Source of the DNA: Phallusia mammillata
Lineage: Eukaryota
DNA: 64,000 bases
NCBI GenBank assembly: GCA_965637545.1
Contig: OZ281496.1
Span: forward strand, 24,676,001 to 24,740,000
Reading direction: 5' to 3'
The notes below the pieces were generated by a model that searched no databases, had not been told where the DNA came from, and saw only the letters and a list, made by a program, of their open reading frames with translations. Numbering within the stretch: the first letter of the stretch is position 1; every line of letters begins with the position of its first letter. Both the position numbers and the translations under genes were made by a program. Below, in pieces: positions 1 to 14,573 of this stretch.

Positions 1-99
1 TCTTCCGCAGTATATCGCTTTCAATACACATAAGTGCCAGTGTACGAAGATAAATACTTATTAGTTTAGAAAATAGTTATTTTGAACATGACTAAATTT

Positions 100-179
100 C
101 TACTGATTTTAAAGTGGCCTGGATTTTTGACTGGCCTGTAGGCACGTGCCTACTTTGCCTAATGGTTAATCCAGCACTG
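100..179. mobile_element. Possible right end of a DNA-transposon/MITE fragment
   Basis: Ends in TAATCCAGCACTG (reverse complement CAGTGCTGGATTA, a TIR-like end) with internal palindrome GTAGGCACGTGCCTAC. No matching left end or TSD is visible in the window. Confidence 0.3.
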
Positions 180-420
180 GTCTTATTGTGTTTTTCCTAA
201 ATAATACTTTGCTGGTTGTTTAGCATATGTAACTGTATTAATGCCACAAAAAAAGAAAAATGTATTTAGTTATAATAGTGTAATTTAGCATATGTTTTGC
301 TTAATATAACCAAGTTCTGGTCCTGGACCACCATTGAAAGCTATTAAGCACAGATTTTCGTACAATGCCTTTCTTACGACAATATGGTAATCTTCAAAAA
401 GGTTTAAATGTATTTACAAT

Positions 421-3400
421 TCAGCTTGCATGAAATCGCTTATGTTTTAAAATTTCAACAGCGGACAGCATTAAATCCTGGTCGCATACGTCACAATGCC
501 AAGATCGCTGCAGCGAAGAGATAGATTGTGAAGTCATATTAGAACTTCCCGCCTCTTCGGACGCCTGTAATATAAAAATCAACGTTACAAAAGCAACGTA
601 ATTAGATGATTGCTCGCTTCGGTTTAGAGAAAAGTACAAATTGAGTCTGGAACAGGCTTTCAAATCATGTGCACTTTTACTCACGTCCTGCGAATCCATT
701 TTAGCACCAGGATCACCACAAGCAGCTTGGTGTCGTAATCGCTCGGATATGGTTAAGGGTAGTTTTATTTGGCACGTTGGACAAGTCCAAAACACACGTA
801 AATAATCGCCACCCATGTCTGGTGTGCCCTCTTGTAGACAATTGTAGGTAAGAAATTGAGAAAGCGAGATTCCACCCTTGATTGGGTTAGGCTTTGCATC
901 GGTTAACGCCACAGCAAAACTCTTTGCACCTTAATATATAAATAAGGTATGATTGGCAAGACAAAATATTAAAAGTTAATTATGTTATGTGGTTGGTTAG
1001 TTAATTAAAGTATTGTAAAATTAGACCTGGACGTGACTTATGAGATGATTTGTTTTCCAATATGCTACAACAGTGGAACCAAACACACATTAAACCATCA
1101 TTGCAATGCCACAACGCAACTGTGGTCTGTTTAGGAGTTTCTTGAGACTATACTTTACCACGGAGACTATACTTTAATTGTTTAATATGTGTTTTTTACC
1201 AGACTCAAGGCAGTATGTACCAGAAAGTAAGGCAAAAGTTGGACACATTATTTTGGAGCAAACCACAGGGACAGGAGGTGTCGATGGCCTAACCAGCCAA
1301 TTTTAACAGGCCTGAATATGTGACAATTGATTACGAATGTGTACACACATCACACTAATGTTATAATTCCTATCATAGGAACCTTTAACAAGGTCGTCGC
1401 CGTTGCATCCAGGTCCAACGTAAAGTTTTTTCTTCTGCAGCGCAGTAAAGCGACGAAGTCGATACACGATTTTGCTATCCAGAAACTCGGCAAGTTTGTC
1501 GCCTAAGAAGCGTTGAAGCTTCAGGGTTTTGCGACTTCGAGAAGGATCTGTGTACAACGTAATAAGTTTTAATACACGTCACTCATTTACATAAACGTAC
1601 GGTAATTGATGAGAAATTTAACTTTTCTGTTTACCTCCGTCCTTGGTTTTACTTCCAGCCAATCTCAGCCGCAAAAGCTCTTCCCAGGCGCTTCTTAACT
1701 GCAAAGTAGAAGCAACCGTGGACTGCGCAAGCTCCACATCAGGCACGTGTATCTCAATCCACTCGTCAACCACAATGCGTTGGCAACTTGCATCTGTGTC
1801 AAGTGATTGTGCAAATAGCATGAGAGACTGAAGGGCAGGAATCTAAAATGAAACGGAAATTATTTATGATAGCAAAAACATAACAAAGGTTCGTTGGTGT
1901 TCATCAATGGTTCCCAAACGTTTAGGAAAATATATCTTTTGTCATTTTATCAAGTCTGTAGACCCCACTTGGTTGAGACAAACAAAGATCTTAAGTTATT
2001 ACGAACTAATTGATATAGTTCAATGTTAAAATAATTGTGAAATGACAAAAATAAACGAAAACGAAAGTTTGTAACTTGCATATCAATAGTAGTGCAGAGT
2101 TGCCAATTTTTTTTTTAAACCTTGAAAGTATTTGTATTTTCTTTATTCAAGGACCCCTATTAGCGAATTCTAAGTTGGAATTCCCGGTATAGGCACTTGA
2201 ATGAATTCCCAAATACAAATACAATTACATCTTATGCACTCACCCTCATCGTGTTGACCAAATATGGCTTGGTGGTTTCAAGGAGGGACACATATGTCAA
2301 AAGTTGGTGGCGATGGCCAAGTAAACCTCTGTGACCCGATTGACCTTCCTTTATTAGGGCCGGATCATCTTTTCCAGTCGGCTCCAATTCTTGTGGATGA
2401 TGGGCAAAGTATCCATTGGGATGAAGAATTACAAAAAGTTTGTTCTTTGTGTGAAAAACCTAATTAGCGTCCAAGTATGTTTTAGTTCGAAAGCTAGTTG
2501 GTAATCTTTGTTCGAAAAATACATTCGCATATAAATGTAGGCACTTGTAGCCCACTAGCGAATTTAACTTGCAAAAAAACGGCAATTGCTTATCTTACGG
2601 TGATTCTTGTTTGGTCAATTTTGGTTAGGTAAAGCTTTCAACAACAAAAGTTAAAACGAAAATCACAAATTCGGCGCCAAATTTAACTGGGAGAGCAAAA
2701 AAGATATGGACAGGTGTTATCTTTAAACTAGTGTTTATTTTTGTGTTACCTTGAGTCTGTTAATGAGCTAAAATTGATCGTTAACGTTGTGAAAACCTGT
2801 GAAATTTCTTTGTAATATGTATCTAAAAATATATGCGATGTAATTATTGTAATATGTTGTAACCTGATCAGAATCTGGAGAATATGAGTTGCAGTCGTCG
2901 GGAAACGCCAAGTTTGGATAAAGTCCCGAACATAGTATGATCTTGAGCATGATGATATCACGCAAAGTAAACTGACGACGTTCGCTTGTAGCCTGTACAA
3001 AAACAAACAAATGAATTACAGTTTCAAAAGCTTTGATATAATTAAGACTCGTTATACCACACACTTTTAACAGCAATTAATTTCAAAATTGTACGCCTTA
3101 ATACTTTATTATTTTTTACTTTTACGTACTACTGTGTCGTACCGTAAAAAGCTTACATAATTTCAGAGTACATTTGAAACATTCACCACACAATCAGTAG
3201 GAATAAGAAATATGTTTGCAACTATCCTAAATCAACATGTAATTTAAAACAAAAGAAAAAGTCGTACATGCAGAGAGGGGCAACTGTCCACAAGTTTAAA
3301 GCAACATGGTTTTACCTGATAAAGTTTATCCAGATTGTGTCGTAATTTAAATTCGAGGTCTTTCACATTAGCAGCCAAAGAGGACGCAGAATTTTCGTCC

Positions 3401-6400
3401 TTTTCTAATTCTTCGTCTGAATTGTCTACCTCGTACTTTCCTTCTTGCAGCCTCAACACTTTGCGTTTTCTTGACTCGTGTCTTGGAACACGAAGGTTTT
3501 TATAATATTATAAAATCATTGAAACGCTACATACGGATCTGTTCATAAGTTTAACGATGTAAATAACGGCCCAAATAGACGTAAAAAGTGACATGCTTAT
3601 TATTCATGCTTTTACGTCTATTTGGGCCGTTATTTTCATCAGTAAACATCTAAAACCAGAATTTTGGCTGCATCAGTGACATAATGATTAAAGTACAAAT
3701 AAAAAATGTCTAAAATTGAAAATGGAAGTACGAATATAACATCAATTTTCAAATGATTGTTTTCTGCAACTTTCGTAAAATGGGAATGGAAATTTGGCTT
3801 AAACAGCTTTTAAAAGTGTTGCTAAAAAGCGGAACAAGTTGTTTTGAAAACGTAGATAGGGATATTTGATATCAAATTTGATTTTACACTAACTGATCGA
3901 GAATCTACACAATAAAACTAATTTTGTAACACTTCGGAATAAATCGTATCCGCTTCTGAACCGCAACGTATCAAATAATTCCATTTCATAAGACACTTTG
4001 AAAGGACAACACAACTTAAATATATTCTTACATCCCCACACACCTCTGTTCGTCTTTCATCTGAAATAGACGTTTTCTATGGGAGTGACGTCGCCTTCTG
4101 TCGTAACTGGTGCCCGCAACCTCGTTATCTTTTTCAACATGAGACAGCAAAGCGTTACCCTGAAGTTAAAAATTCGAGATTAGGTTCGCCATATATACAA
4201 CAAAAAAGGGAAAAAAATCCTTTAGAACTCATGCGCTCTAACCCGAGTGATACTGGATGCAACTAGTTTACGCAGGACTTTATAGAACAATTGTACCCGT
4301 CTTTACTGAGATAATAAATTTTTAACGTGTATTACTGGCCTATTACAATGCATTAGATATGGCTTTAAAATCAAGGCTTGTTATATTCACCCCTTTACCT
4401 GTAAAAGATCTTCAAACTGCCTTTTAACGTTGGCCATCTCGTAGAAGCGCTGCTCCTCTAAACAGCGCCTTTTGCACCATTTGCGACTGGAAGACTTTCC
4501 TTCACGTTTCACCTGAGAAATACCAGTAACAACTTATAATGCGGTTTAATACACAGCTAACTATAAAAAAGAGGGACTCTGCGACCCATAACGTCCAAAG
4601 GTTAGAAATATTAAAAAACAAAGTAACTATTGAAGCCACACGCCCTAAAAGATTACAGGTCTTGGCAGATTAAAAGAAAATGGTGCATTTTGAATCGCCA
4701 CAACAACCATAAAAATTGGTTGCATTGGTTTGATGCAGTCATCAAACAACGTTTGTGTTTATTTGCAAAATAGAATATACCTGAATCCATTCGTCAAAGA
4801 GATTTAGAAGTGTAATAGGATCCCCATGATCTGACTCAAGAGGTCTGCGTCTTGTACACGCCTCAGCGTTGTTATAGGCTGATCTGGTATAAGGAGATTG
4901 AACACTCAAGACTGAGGCAATGGAAATAACTGGTTCCGTGACATCAAACAGACTGCCCATAATCAGCATTTTGCCTGAAAACACAATGGCAGTTTATAAA
5001 AGGGTAGCGCGTTTTCTAATCCACATGAACGTATCAAAATTGGTAAACAACAAACGCACAAGTAACACGTGTCAAATATGTTCAAATACAGAAATCGTCC
5101 TGGGCCAGTGATGCTCAACAAACGATTTCAGTTGTACATATTGACGTATCATAGCTGTAATTTACAAATGCTAGAAATTGCATTTAGATATACACAGACT
5201 GTTTCAACTGTGCTGTAAGTTGCAGCTGTGATAAGTTACATGAGTCAACTAGGTTGCCATACCAACAGTTACGTCGACAGGTAACTGGGCAAGCATTTCG
5301 CCAAGCGGAGTAATCTCGTCTTTGGAGCCGATCGCTCCGTGCTCGTAGAGACAGCGCAGGGCGTCGTTAAGTGAAGCTTTCGGCGGTGGCTCAATGAAAG
5401 AGAACGATCGAATGTCGCCAACTCCCATACTCTTCATCTGGAAGTGAAGAAGTTTGTAAAAGTTAGTGTAAAGTCAGGACAATTGTGAATGCCAGTTAAC
5501 TTATTATTTATACTCTATTGAGTACTGACTACCAGTTATGATCCACTTCGTAGTTAAAAAAGTGTGGCCATATTTTGAGACTCTGAGTAGGGTGTAAAGT
5601 GGGATCAATGGTGCGCCGCTAAGTTTTGATTATTTTAAAGGTGCACCCTCAGTTTAAAAGTTTCGGTGGTTTGAACACTAGTATACCAAACACAAGACTT
5701 AAACATAGATCAACATTAGTACTTTGGACTTACCTGCAGTATAAGAGAGTCAAGCGGGACACGTTGAATCTCTGGTACTGCGTAATCAGCTAAAACATCG
5801 TAATCATCTTCCGAATAAAGACGGAAGCAAACTCCAGGCCCTGTTCGACCAGCGCGACCTAAAAACCCAAACAATATGGTATTGGAGTTATATATGAAAA
5901 CATATTTTTTCCAATATAATGCTTTGAAATGTGTTGAATCTGGACTACATGAGGCGAAGCAACTTTAACCAAAATATTTTATATAAAAGACAGTTTTATC
6001 AAATGGCAAACCCATTAAATAACATTATTCTAATTTAGGCATTATACCAAAAGTCTCCAAAGCATTACCACGAGAAGGTATAGAATAACCTCTATCCTGT
6101 TTTAGAATTCGAAACCACCAAGACTTAATAGTCATACAATGTTTAACAACATACATCAAAATTCAAGTTCAGACCTTTGCGTTGTTCAGCGCTTGCCCGG
6201 CTTATCCAAAACTCCTGCAGCTTCTTCATCTTGTACTGGGCGTCGTAACTCATCTCTTTTACTCGTCCCGAGTCGCACACAAACCTCACTCCGTCCACAG
6301 TCACAGATGTTTCGGCGATGTTAGTCGACAAAATGCATTTTCGGACACCTTCAGGGGCCAGATCGAACACCTTGAAACAAGGATTTCTAGCTTTAATCAA

Positions 6401-9131
6401 ACCTAAGGTGAATAAGTGCTATAGTTTGATGCAATTGCGAACCAGTTATTCGCTTATATGTTGCATTTTCCTATGGCATAGATAAAGCGTTTTGTAACAT
6501 GACGGTAAAGCTTACTCATATCGTATTTCTGCGTCAAAAAGCATACAAGTAACGCTATATTTATCTTATGTTAATCATAATTATTGTTCATAGGCCTAGG
6601 TGTCACTATCTCTATACCTTGTCTTGTTCTTCAATAGAAAGAGTACTATGAAGAGGAAGAACAATCCAACGCTTTGTTTCTTCTGCATAAGGTTTCACAG
6701 CATCCTCGACAGACGTTATTTCCTGTAAAACAAAACCCAAATCATAAGTTAAATAGATCTAGTTCTACCTGACTTCCAATGAAGAATTGTGACCTGCATG
6801 CCTGGTAGAAACACTAACAAATCGCCACGTTCTGTTGTAGGGTATTTCTTGTCAATCTTTTGCAAAATTCTGACATACGGTCGAGGGTCAAGACGTGCCG
6901 TTTTCGACGTTTGCTCCTCCTGAAAAAATAACATTCATTTCTCAGCCTGGTTGATCAATGTTGATGATTACCTAGTTTACCAATTTATTCATATATTTGT
7001 GCTACAGTATTGCAAAACACTTTTTAATCAATTGTTAGTATGTGTTTAATTGAAGTGTACAGTTGCATAAGTTTAGTAATAGGAGAATGGAACCAAGTTA
7101 TAGTAGGAAGAAAAATGAATTTAATTGGGAATTACAGAGCTGAACTTACTACAGGAATTGGGTGATATTGGACTTGAATTGGGTAAAGGCGACCAGGAAC
7201 CTGAATAACTGGAGCATCTTTAAAATACTTTGAAAATAGCTCAAGGTTTATAGTAGCGGACATAAGAACCAGTCGCACTTCAGACTTTCTATTGCCTGAA
7301 GTAATTAGATTACGAAGCAATCCGAGAAGCAAATCAGACTGAAGATGTCTTTCATGAACCTAGAATCAAATGACTTACATTAAAATTCCAGGCAAGTACA
7401 CAATTAAACACTGATACAAAAATCTTTAGGTTAACCAAACAAGTTTGTTGTCAAACATATAGACTTATTCACGAAAAAATGCATACTTTTCATACCTCGT
7501 CTAGAATAATAACATTGTATTGCCCCAGCAATGTGTCCTGTTGCATTTGACGCAGAAGCAAACCCTCAGTTAGAAACAGGATTCTTGTTGCTTTTGTTTT
7601 AGTACCTTCAAACCTACAGAAACAGAAATATCCAAGTGACAAATTTATAAACACTATCTGTACAACAATAAGTAGTTTTTGCACACAGTTAATAAGTCTC
7701 ATATTTAAGTTTTTTATTTATATATTTTATAGTTCCATATTCTCACAAAGTACCAAACAAGACTGTTACCTATAAAGTAATTGATGACTTTTTAAGAATT
7801 TTCACCTTATTTGATAAGCAACTTCGGATCCATACTGATTTAGTGTTTCATAAGCAACACGCTTGGACAGTGAAATAGCAGCTATTCTTCTAGGCTGCGT
7901 ACAAGCAACTCGAGTGTACCCTGCATTAATTAAGTATTGTGGAACTTGTGTTGATTTTCCACACCCAGTATCGCCAGCAACTATCACAACCTGAAAAAAA
8001 CCCCACATGTAACATTAAAAGCACAAGCACTTTACAAAACAAATACCTGCAACTTTACCTTGTTAGATTTAACTGCATTTACAATCTCGTCTTTATATTG
8101 TGCAATTGGAAGATTCCCTTGTTCAGACCTTAGTTTCTTTAATTTGGCAAAACTTTGCCGTTGCTTAAAGTCAATATAATGCAACACAGCTGATCGAAAT
8201 TCTGTAACCCTTTCTTGTGTAAGGTCACAATCCCCATAAAAGTCACTATCATATCCTTTGTGTCTAAAAGCAACTTACATTTAGACCGGGAAAACACAAC
8301 AACTATACATTTATATTTAATTAAACCTTGTCTTTTTCTTGTGCTTTTGCTCATGTGATACAAATTTCTCGAGGTCTTTAGTGACAACCGAGCAGTTTAT
8401 TTTGTATCTGAATTCACATAAAAGTTATTGTTATACAAACACTTACATGTAAGTAAAACTGTGATTAAACTAACCTAAAAATGATTTTTTGGACAAATTA
8501 AAAAATGTACAAAAATCCCAGGTAAACATTTTGCAATTTTTTGAATCGTGCTAACACACAAATATAAGCTGGAAATAAACCGTTTTCAATGTTAATGTAT
8601 ACATAAGTACCAGCAAAGGCATGAAAATGGTGTTCGCTTTATGAAACAGTTGATTTGCATGTATTTTTCTCTAAAGATTTAAAAAATATAATTTCAAACT
8701 TAACATACCCCCTATATTTGCATTTTTGTACCTTTTGTTCAAAACATTGGCAAAATGGAACAGCAAAAACATACCGTGGGTGGTAATCTTTCGGAATTTT
8801 GATGTCACTATCAGCTGATACTTTGGAATGGTGCGGCTTTTCTTCACAACTGGAATCATTTAGCTTTCTCCTAGCTTCAAATTTTTGAAACCGTTTGAAG
8901 AACAACCAGAAATCGTCGTACTCTTTCGATCCGACTTTTATGAAGTCGTTTTCACGAAAAAATAGCTACAAAATGTCATGGTTATAGCTTCAAAAATATC
9001 AAACATTTTTTGGAGCAATTTTGTTATTGGAACCAAGACTTTACGGATCTTATTTGCATTTGAATTGTCAGTTATCAGTGAATTACCTTGTTCAGAGTGT
9101 GCTTGTGTTGATTCCAATCAAATTCACTCAT
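421..9131 (-). CDS. DHX34: DEAH-box RNA helicase DHX34 (NMD factor), ~21 coding exons
   Basis: ATG at 9131. Exons 9087-9131, 8775-8965, 8327-8407, 8059-8263, 7806-7990, 7496-7613, 7150-7359, 6794-6919 and later ones join in frame with GT-AG ends. Motifs [52 protein letters not shown]2 region ESDHGDP. N-terminus [19 protein letters not shown] and C-terminus FLTYNCL..FWTCPTC..RH match DHX34 as recalled. Stop TGA at 421-423. Confidence 0.95.
3556..3640. repeat. Intronic inverted repeat (hairpin)
   Basis: AAATAACGGCCCAAATAGACGTAAAA (3561-3586) is the exact reverse complement of 3610-3635; 23-nt spacer; stem extends a further ~4 bp past one mismatch. Confidence 0.9.
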
Positions 9132-9440
9132 TGCAATGTCAACCACGAAATCAACTTATTAGCCGAAACAAACACAAGCACCGTTCGGGGAAGTACCATA
9201 TTTTAACCAAAGAAATCAGATTATTAAGTCAATTGTCAACATGTTTATTTAATAAAAAATAAAATTAACGATTTTAATCAAAATGGGAAACCTACCATAT
9301 ATTTTACTGTTTTCTTATTTTGTTTGATAAATCCTATTTGGGTTTGCCACTGCTCTGGATCAAAAAATTATGTGCACTTGATTCTGTTGGAATTTTGTTG
9401 ACTTGTATCAGATTCAATTTGAGAATAGCAAAGCTATGAT
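9132..9440. promoter_or_regulatory. Shared divergent promoter region DHX34/PACRGL
   Basis: Only 309 bp separate the two divergent start codons (9131 minus, 9441 plus). Promoter function is inferred from position. Confidence 0.65.
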
Positions 9441-10994
<1,554 letters not shown>

Positions 10995-11489
10995 ATTTTT
11001 TTTTAGTTTGAAGGGATAAAATAGCTTTTGCCAGTAGGCACTTTACCCTCACTGTGGTACTGTTCATCACACTAAACATGTATGAACTGAAATGACATAT
11101 GTGTTGTTGTTTCCGTAACTTGTTGTTAGCCTTTACTCTTCGAAAATGGTTTTTGTATATACTTTGCATATTTGACTATATCTTTTGTAGCTTTGACCAA
11201 TTCTTTTCTCTGTGTTACCTAGTGAAGTTGGTGCTCAAACAACCACATTGAATTTTTGAATTTTTTTTTATTGGTGCTCCATTGCTTAACCCACTCTTTT
11301 TTGTGAATTTTAAAGTCTTCCAAATGCTGAGCAGCATTGAATTATAAATATAAGCAAAATATAAACACGAGTCTCGGATTCTTGTTTGGCGAAAGGTCAA
11401 ATCTACAGCTGCATTGGATTATGTTGAAATATGGGTTAATAAGATTATAAATTACTGGAAGTTTTGTAAAGCAAAAATATAAATACAGA

Positions 11490-11735
11490 AAATCCACATG
11501 CGCCAAGCGTTCCAAGTACGCAGTAGGGCCTGAGAGACTGGAATCATAAACCAACAACGTTTTTTCTTCCTTAAAGATGCACTGACCCAGGCGCTAAGTT
11601 TTGCAAAAATGCAAGGTGGCGAACGTAAAGTGAAATTGATTGTGACGTCGTCATCAAAGCGAAAAATGACAAAAACTATCAAATTTAAACCCAAGGACCA
11701 AGAGATAAACTTCCTGTATGCAATGTTCGTCACAT
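11490..11735 (+). promoter_or_regulatory. CpG-retaining island, putative promoter/5' exon for the SLC43A3-like and CARF-like unit
   Basis: Local CpG enrichment within a CpG-poor block; candidate donor CCT|GTATGC near 11716. Confidence 0.4.
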
Positions 11736-12249
11736 TAAAATATTTGAAGTAATGTTTTTTAACATCCCTGTGATCAAATCACCGTTTTCCCAAACACATT
11801 TTTAATGCATGGTCATGGGTTTTACGTGTTCTTGCTGTGTTTGTTTTTGTTAACAATTGTAAATACTGACTAACCCACAAATACATACGCGATTTTTACC
11901 AAGCACTAAAATTTTTTACTTGCAATGTTTTTGTCTTGTCGTCATTGCTGCATAAACTTTACATCCTATCTGGAACTAGTAAACTGCTGCTGTGTGACTT
12001 TGTGTTACAGGAAAATCTAATGATTGAAGCGTCACTTCACCAAGGGATCAAGTGAACTAAGCTGTTCAACCAACGCTTGCGCCGAGTTTTTTTTTTTAAT
12101 TCTATTGTAGGCTACTGTTGCTTTTTTCATGATCTTTATCATTTTATTTTTTCTCATTCTTTTAAAGTTATTCAGTAGAATAGTCGATAGTTTTCTCTCA
12201 AACTAGTTGCCTGGATAACTTAATATTAGTCCAAAGTCTACTAATAGCA

Positions 12250-12530
12250 TGAATATGTACTTTGTGTGTGTGCTCTTTCTTCCGGCGCCTGAAACTATCC
12301 GGCAGGGTTTCTTTCGGTGGTTTCCTTTCCTGTCGAACCCCACCCTCTTTCCCTAACACGGGTGGTTAGTTTATAGGGCCCCCTCGACTGGTTCCACCAA
12401 CGTTCCACCCCCAGTCGGGTTTACCCACAATGCGCCAACCTCACTTTCTTGTGAGCCCCAGACACTTAACGCCTTGTAATGACGGTGTAGCTGCAGCGCG
12501 TTTTGGCTCTCATCCACCACTTGTGCCCGA
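12250..12530 (-). repeat. GC-rich interspersed-repeat-like insert with several hairpins
   Basis: Abrupt GC rise. Stems CGACTGG/CCAGTCG and CTCAC/GTGAG; (CA)n-like tail on the minus strand; AGACACTTAACG resembles a CORE-SINE-type segment. Class not determined. Confidence 0.4.
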
Positions 12531-12760
12531 CACTTTTATGCGCTCCATAACGTTTTAACGTTGTGCAGCTATTTCCGGCTTGGTGATTGTTTTAGTGCAA
12601 TTGTGTCGCTATGTCGTCTTTCACCAAGCGAAATAAACTCAACTCAACATTTATCTTTGGTTCTGCACAGTGTTGGGATTCAATTCTTTTGTCAACGGGT
12701 TCTATCACAAAAGTCATATTTTTCAGCCGGTTCTACTACAAAACCTTCTTTGACAGTAAC

Positions 12761-12895
12761 CAGGGATGCTAACCGGTTCGCTGATCTCATAAAATTTCGT
12801 GGGACGGTTCTATAGAACCGGTGCGAACCGGCTGAATAGAACCGGTGGCCCGGTGCGAACCAGCTGAATCCCACCACTGGTTCTGCATCATTTAA
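12761..12895. repeat. Short MITE-like remnant with repeated GAACCGG units
   Basis: Starts CAGGGATGC; AACCGG occurs four times plus one variant (AACCAG); degenerate right end GGTTCTGCATC. Confidence 0.4.
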
Positions 12896-13169
12896 AACTG
12901 CTTCGTCAGTTGTGGTGTTATGTTTACATTTTTTACAAGCGCGGAAGGGCGCAGCAAACTGCAGTAGGCTATGCATTAACTACAAGAAATTAATACGTCA
13001 AGAGTCTTTATTTGGAATAGAACTGAAATGAACGAAATTATACCGAAGCAATAAGGGCATCAAAAAGGAAGCCGGAAAGAGCATCACAAAGAAGTTCAGG
13101 CGTTGTGGTCTTTTTAAAAGCATACCCAGTCGAATTTTTGGAACAAAATATGGGACAAATGGTTGAATA

Positions 13170-14573
13170 ATGAACAACTTAGGGGTTGCAAGCATTATAA
13201 CTGCCTGTGTTGAGTGCGTTCTATGTACTGGAGTTTTGTTCGGATGGCCTTCTCTGCAGTTCAGTTTGGACGATGAAGGTTACTTTCACAATTTATGCAT
13301 CGAAAATGAGAATCTTAGCTCTTTACAGAATCTATCTTCGTGTACAGCAAGTGATGAAAGCTTTAATCTTGTATTCACTGTTGCCTCTTCATTCTATGAA
13401 ATGCCAGTTCTGTTGTTTGGATACATATTAGATACCTTTGGAACACTTGCAATGCGGTTTTTGGCAACCTCCTTGCATTCTTTAGGTTATATGCTTTTAT
13501 GGATAATGTCACCAAGTACTTCAGTGCTACTGTACCCAGCAATGGCAATGATATCAAGTAGTGGTTATGCATTATGGATGAGCAATTCACAATTAGGAAA
13601 TTTAAATCCTTCATATAGATCTGTCTTTCTTTCTATATCCTCTGGCATGTCAGATTTATCTTCAATTGTGTATTTGTTTGTAAAGCTTCAACATGATCAA
13701 GGTGCTTCATCAAAATCCATTTTTATGGTGCTCTTCGTTATTACAGTGTTTCCTTGGTTTCGGAGTTATTTTCTTATGCCTAAAAAGACAATTCCTTATC
13801 CTGCAATGTCCAAGCATCATCACTTTGGTATTGTCAAGAAGCTACAAAAAACTTTAATAGTTGGAAATGATGTTACAGAAAACCTTTCTAAATCACCAAA
13901 GCAAAGTTTGGAGATTGACAAACTAACTATATCAAGTACACAAAAAGGAAAAAAAACGTTAAAACAGTGCTTGATGAAAGCAATCTTTTGGTCAAACTTG
14001 TACCATGTTGTTGTCATTAAGCTCCGCTTGTCTCTGTTCTATGGTAGTGTTCTTAAATGGCTCAGCAGTTTTCCCGACATCGATGTAGGTAGCTTCACAA
14101 ATTGGTTTAATGTGGTGCTTTTATGTGGTGTCTTTGTTGCCCCTTTAAACGGGATGGTTGCTGATGGCCTAAGTAGTCATTTTAAAAGCAGGTTTCGGGC
14201 TGAGCAAACTGCTGTCTTAAGAGCTTATGCTGTTTCCATGTTTCTAACCAGTACATTTTCAGTTATCTTGTCTGTGGCAGCTTTAGCACGCAGTGTTTAT
14301 CCAGCGTTTGTGTTTGTTCTTTTAACTAAAAGCTTTGTGTATAGTGGAAGCGGAGGATTTTTATTTGTAGCTTTTTCTACTGAGCATTATGGAAAACTGC
14401 TTGGAATTACCAGCTTGGTGATTAGTGTTTTTAGTCTAGCCCAGTACGCTATATTTAAGTTAGCTGTTTCCCTTGATCCTGACTTTTATGTAATTAACAT
14501 TGCCATGTTGTGCCTCACACTGACCACATATGTGCACCCAATTGTAATCTTTTACAGCAGCAGATCAAGTTAA
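13170..14573 (+). CDS. SLC43A3: SLC43A3-like MFS transporter (nucleobase transporter ENBT1/LAT3 family), single exon, 467 aa
   Basis: Uninterrupted ORF with an upstream in-frame stop. ECVLCTGVLFGWPSL..EGYF..LC, DESFNLVFTVAS, GYILDTFG, SNSQLGNL, PKKTIPYP and HYGKLLG match the SLC43 family; multiple hydrophobic segments. The symbol is the best family match, orthology untested. Confidence 0.88.
   Translation: MNNLGVASIITACVECVLCTGVLFGWPSLQFSLDDEGYFHNLCIENENLSSLQNLSSCTASDESFNLVFTVASSFYEMPVLLFGYILDTFGTLAMRFLATSLHSLGYMLLWIMSPSTSVLLYPAMAMISSSGYALWMSNSQLGNLNPSYRSVFLSISSGMSDLSSIVYLFVKLQHDQGASSKSIFMVLFVITVFPWFRSYFLMPKKTIPYPAMSKHHHFGIVKKLQKTLIVGNDVTENLSKSPKQSLEIDKLTISSTQKGKKTLKQCLMKAIFWSNLYHVVVIKLRLSLFYGSVLKWLSSFPDIDVGSFTNWFNVVLLCGVFVAPLNGMVADGLSSHFKSRFRAEQTAVLRAYAVSMFLTSTFSVILSVAALARSVYPAFVFVLLTKSFVYSGSGGFLFVAFSTEHYGKLLGITSLVISVFSLAQYAIFKLAVSLDPDFYVINIAMLCLTLTTYVHPIVIFYSSRSS

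Noticed and set aside
3556-3645. Hammerhead ribozyme (CTGATGA on the minus strand next to a long stem)
   Set aside because: No GAAA core after the stem; the CTGATGA bases are part of the inverted repeat itself.
12250-12530. HDV/twister/pistol ribozyme
   Set aside because: Required pseudoknot pairings and catalytic-core nucleotides could not be placed on either strand.
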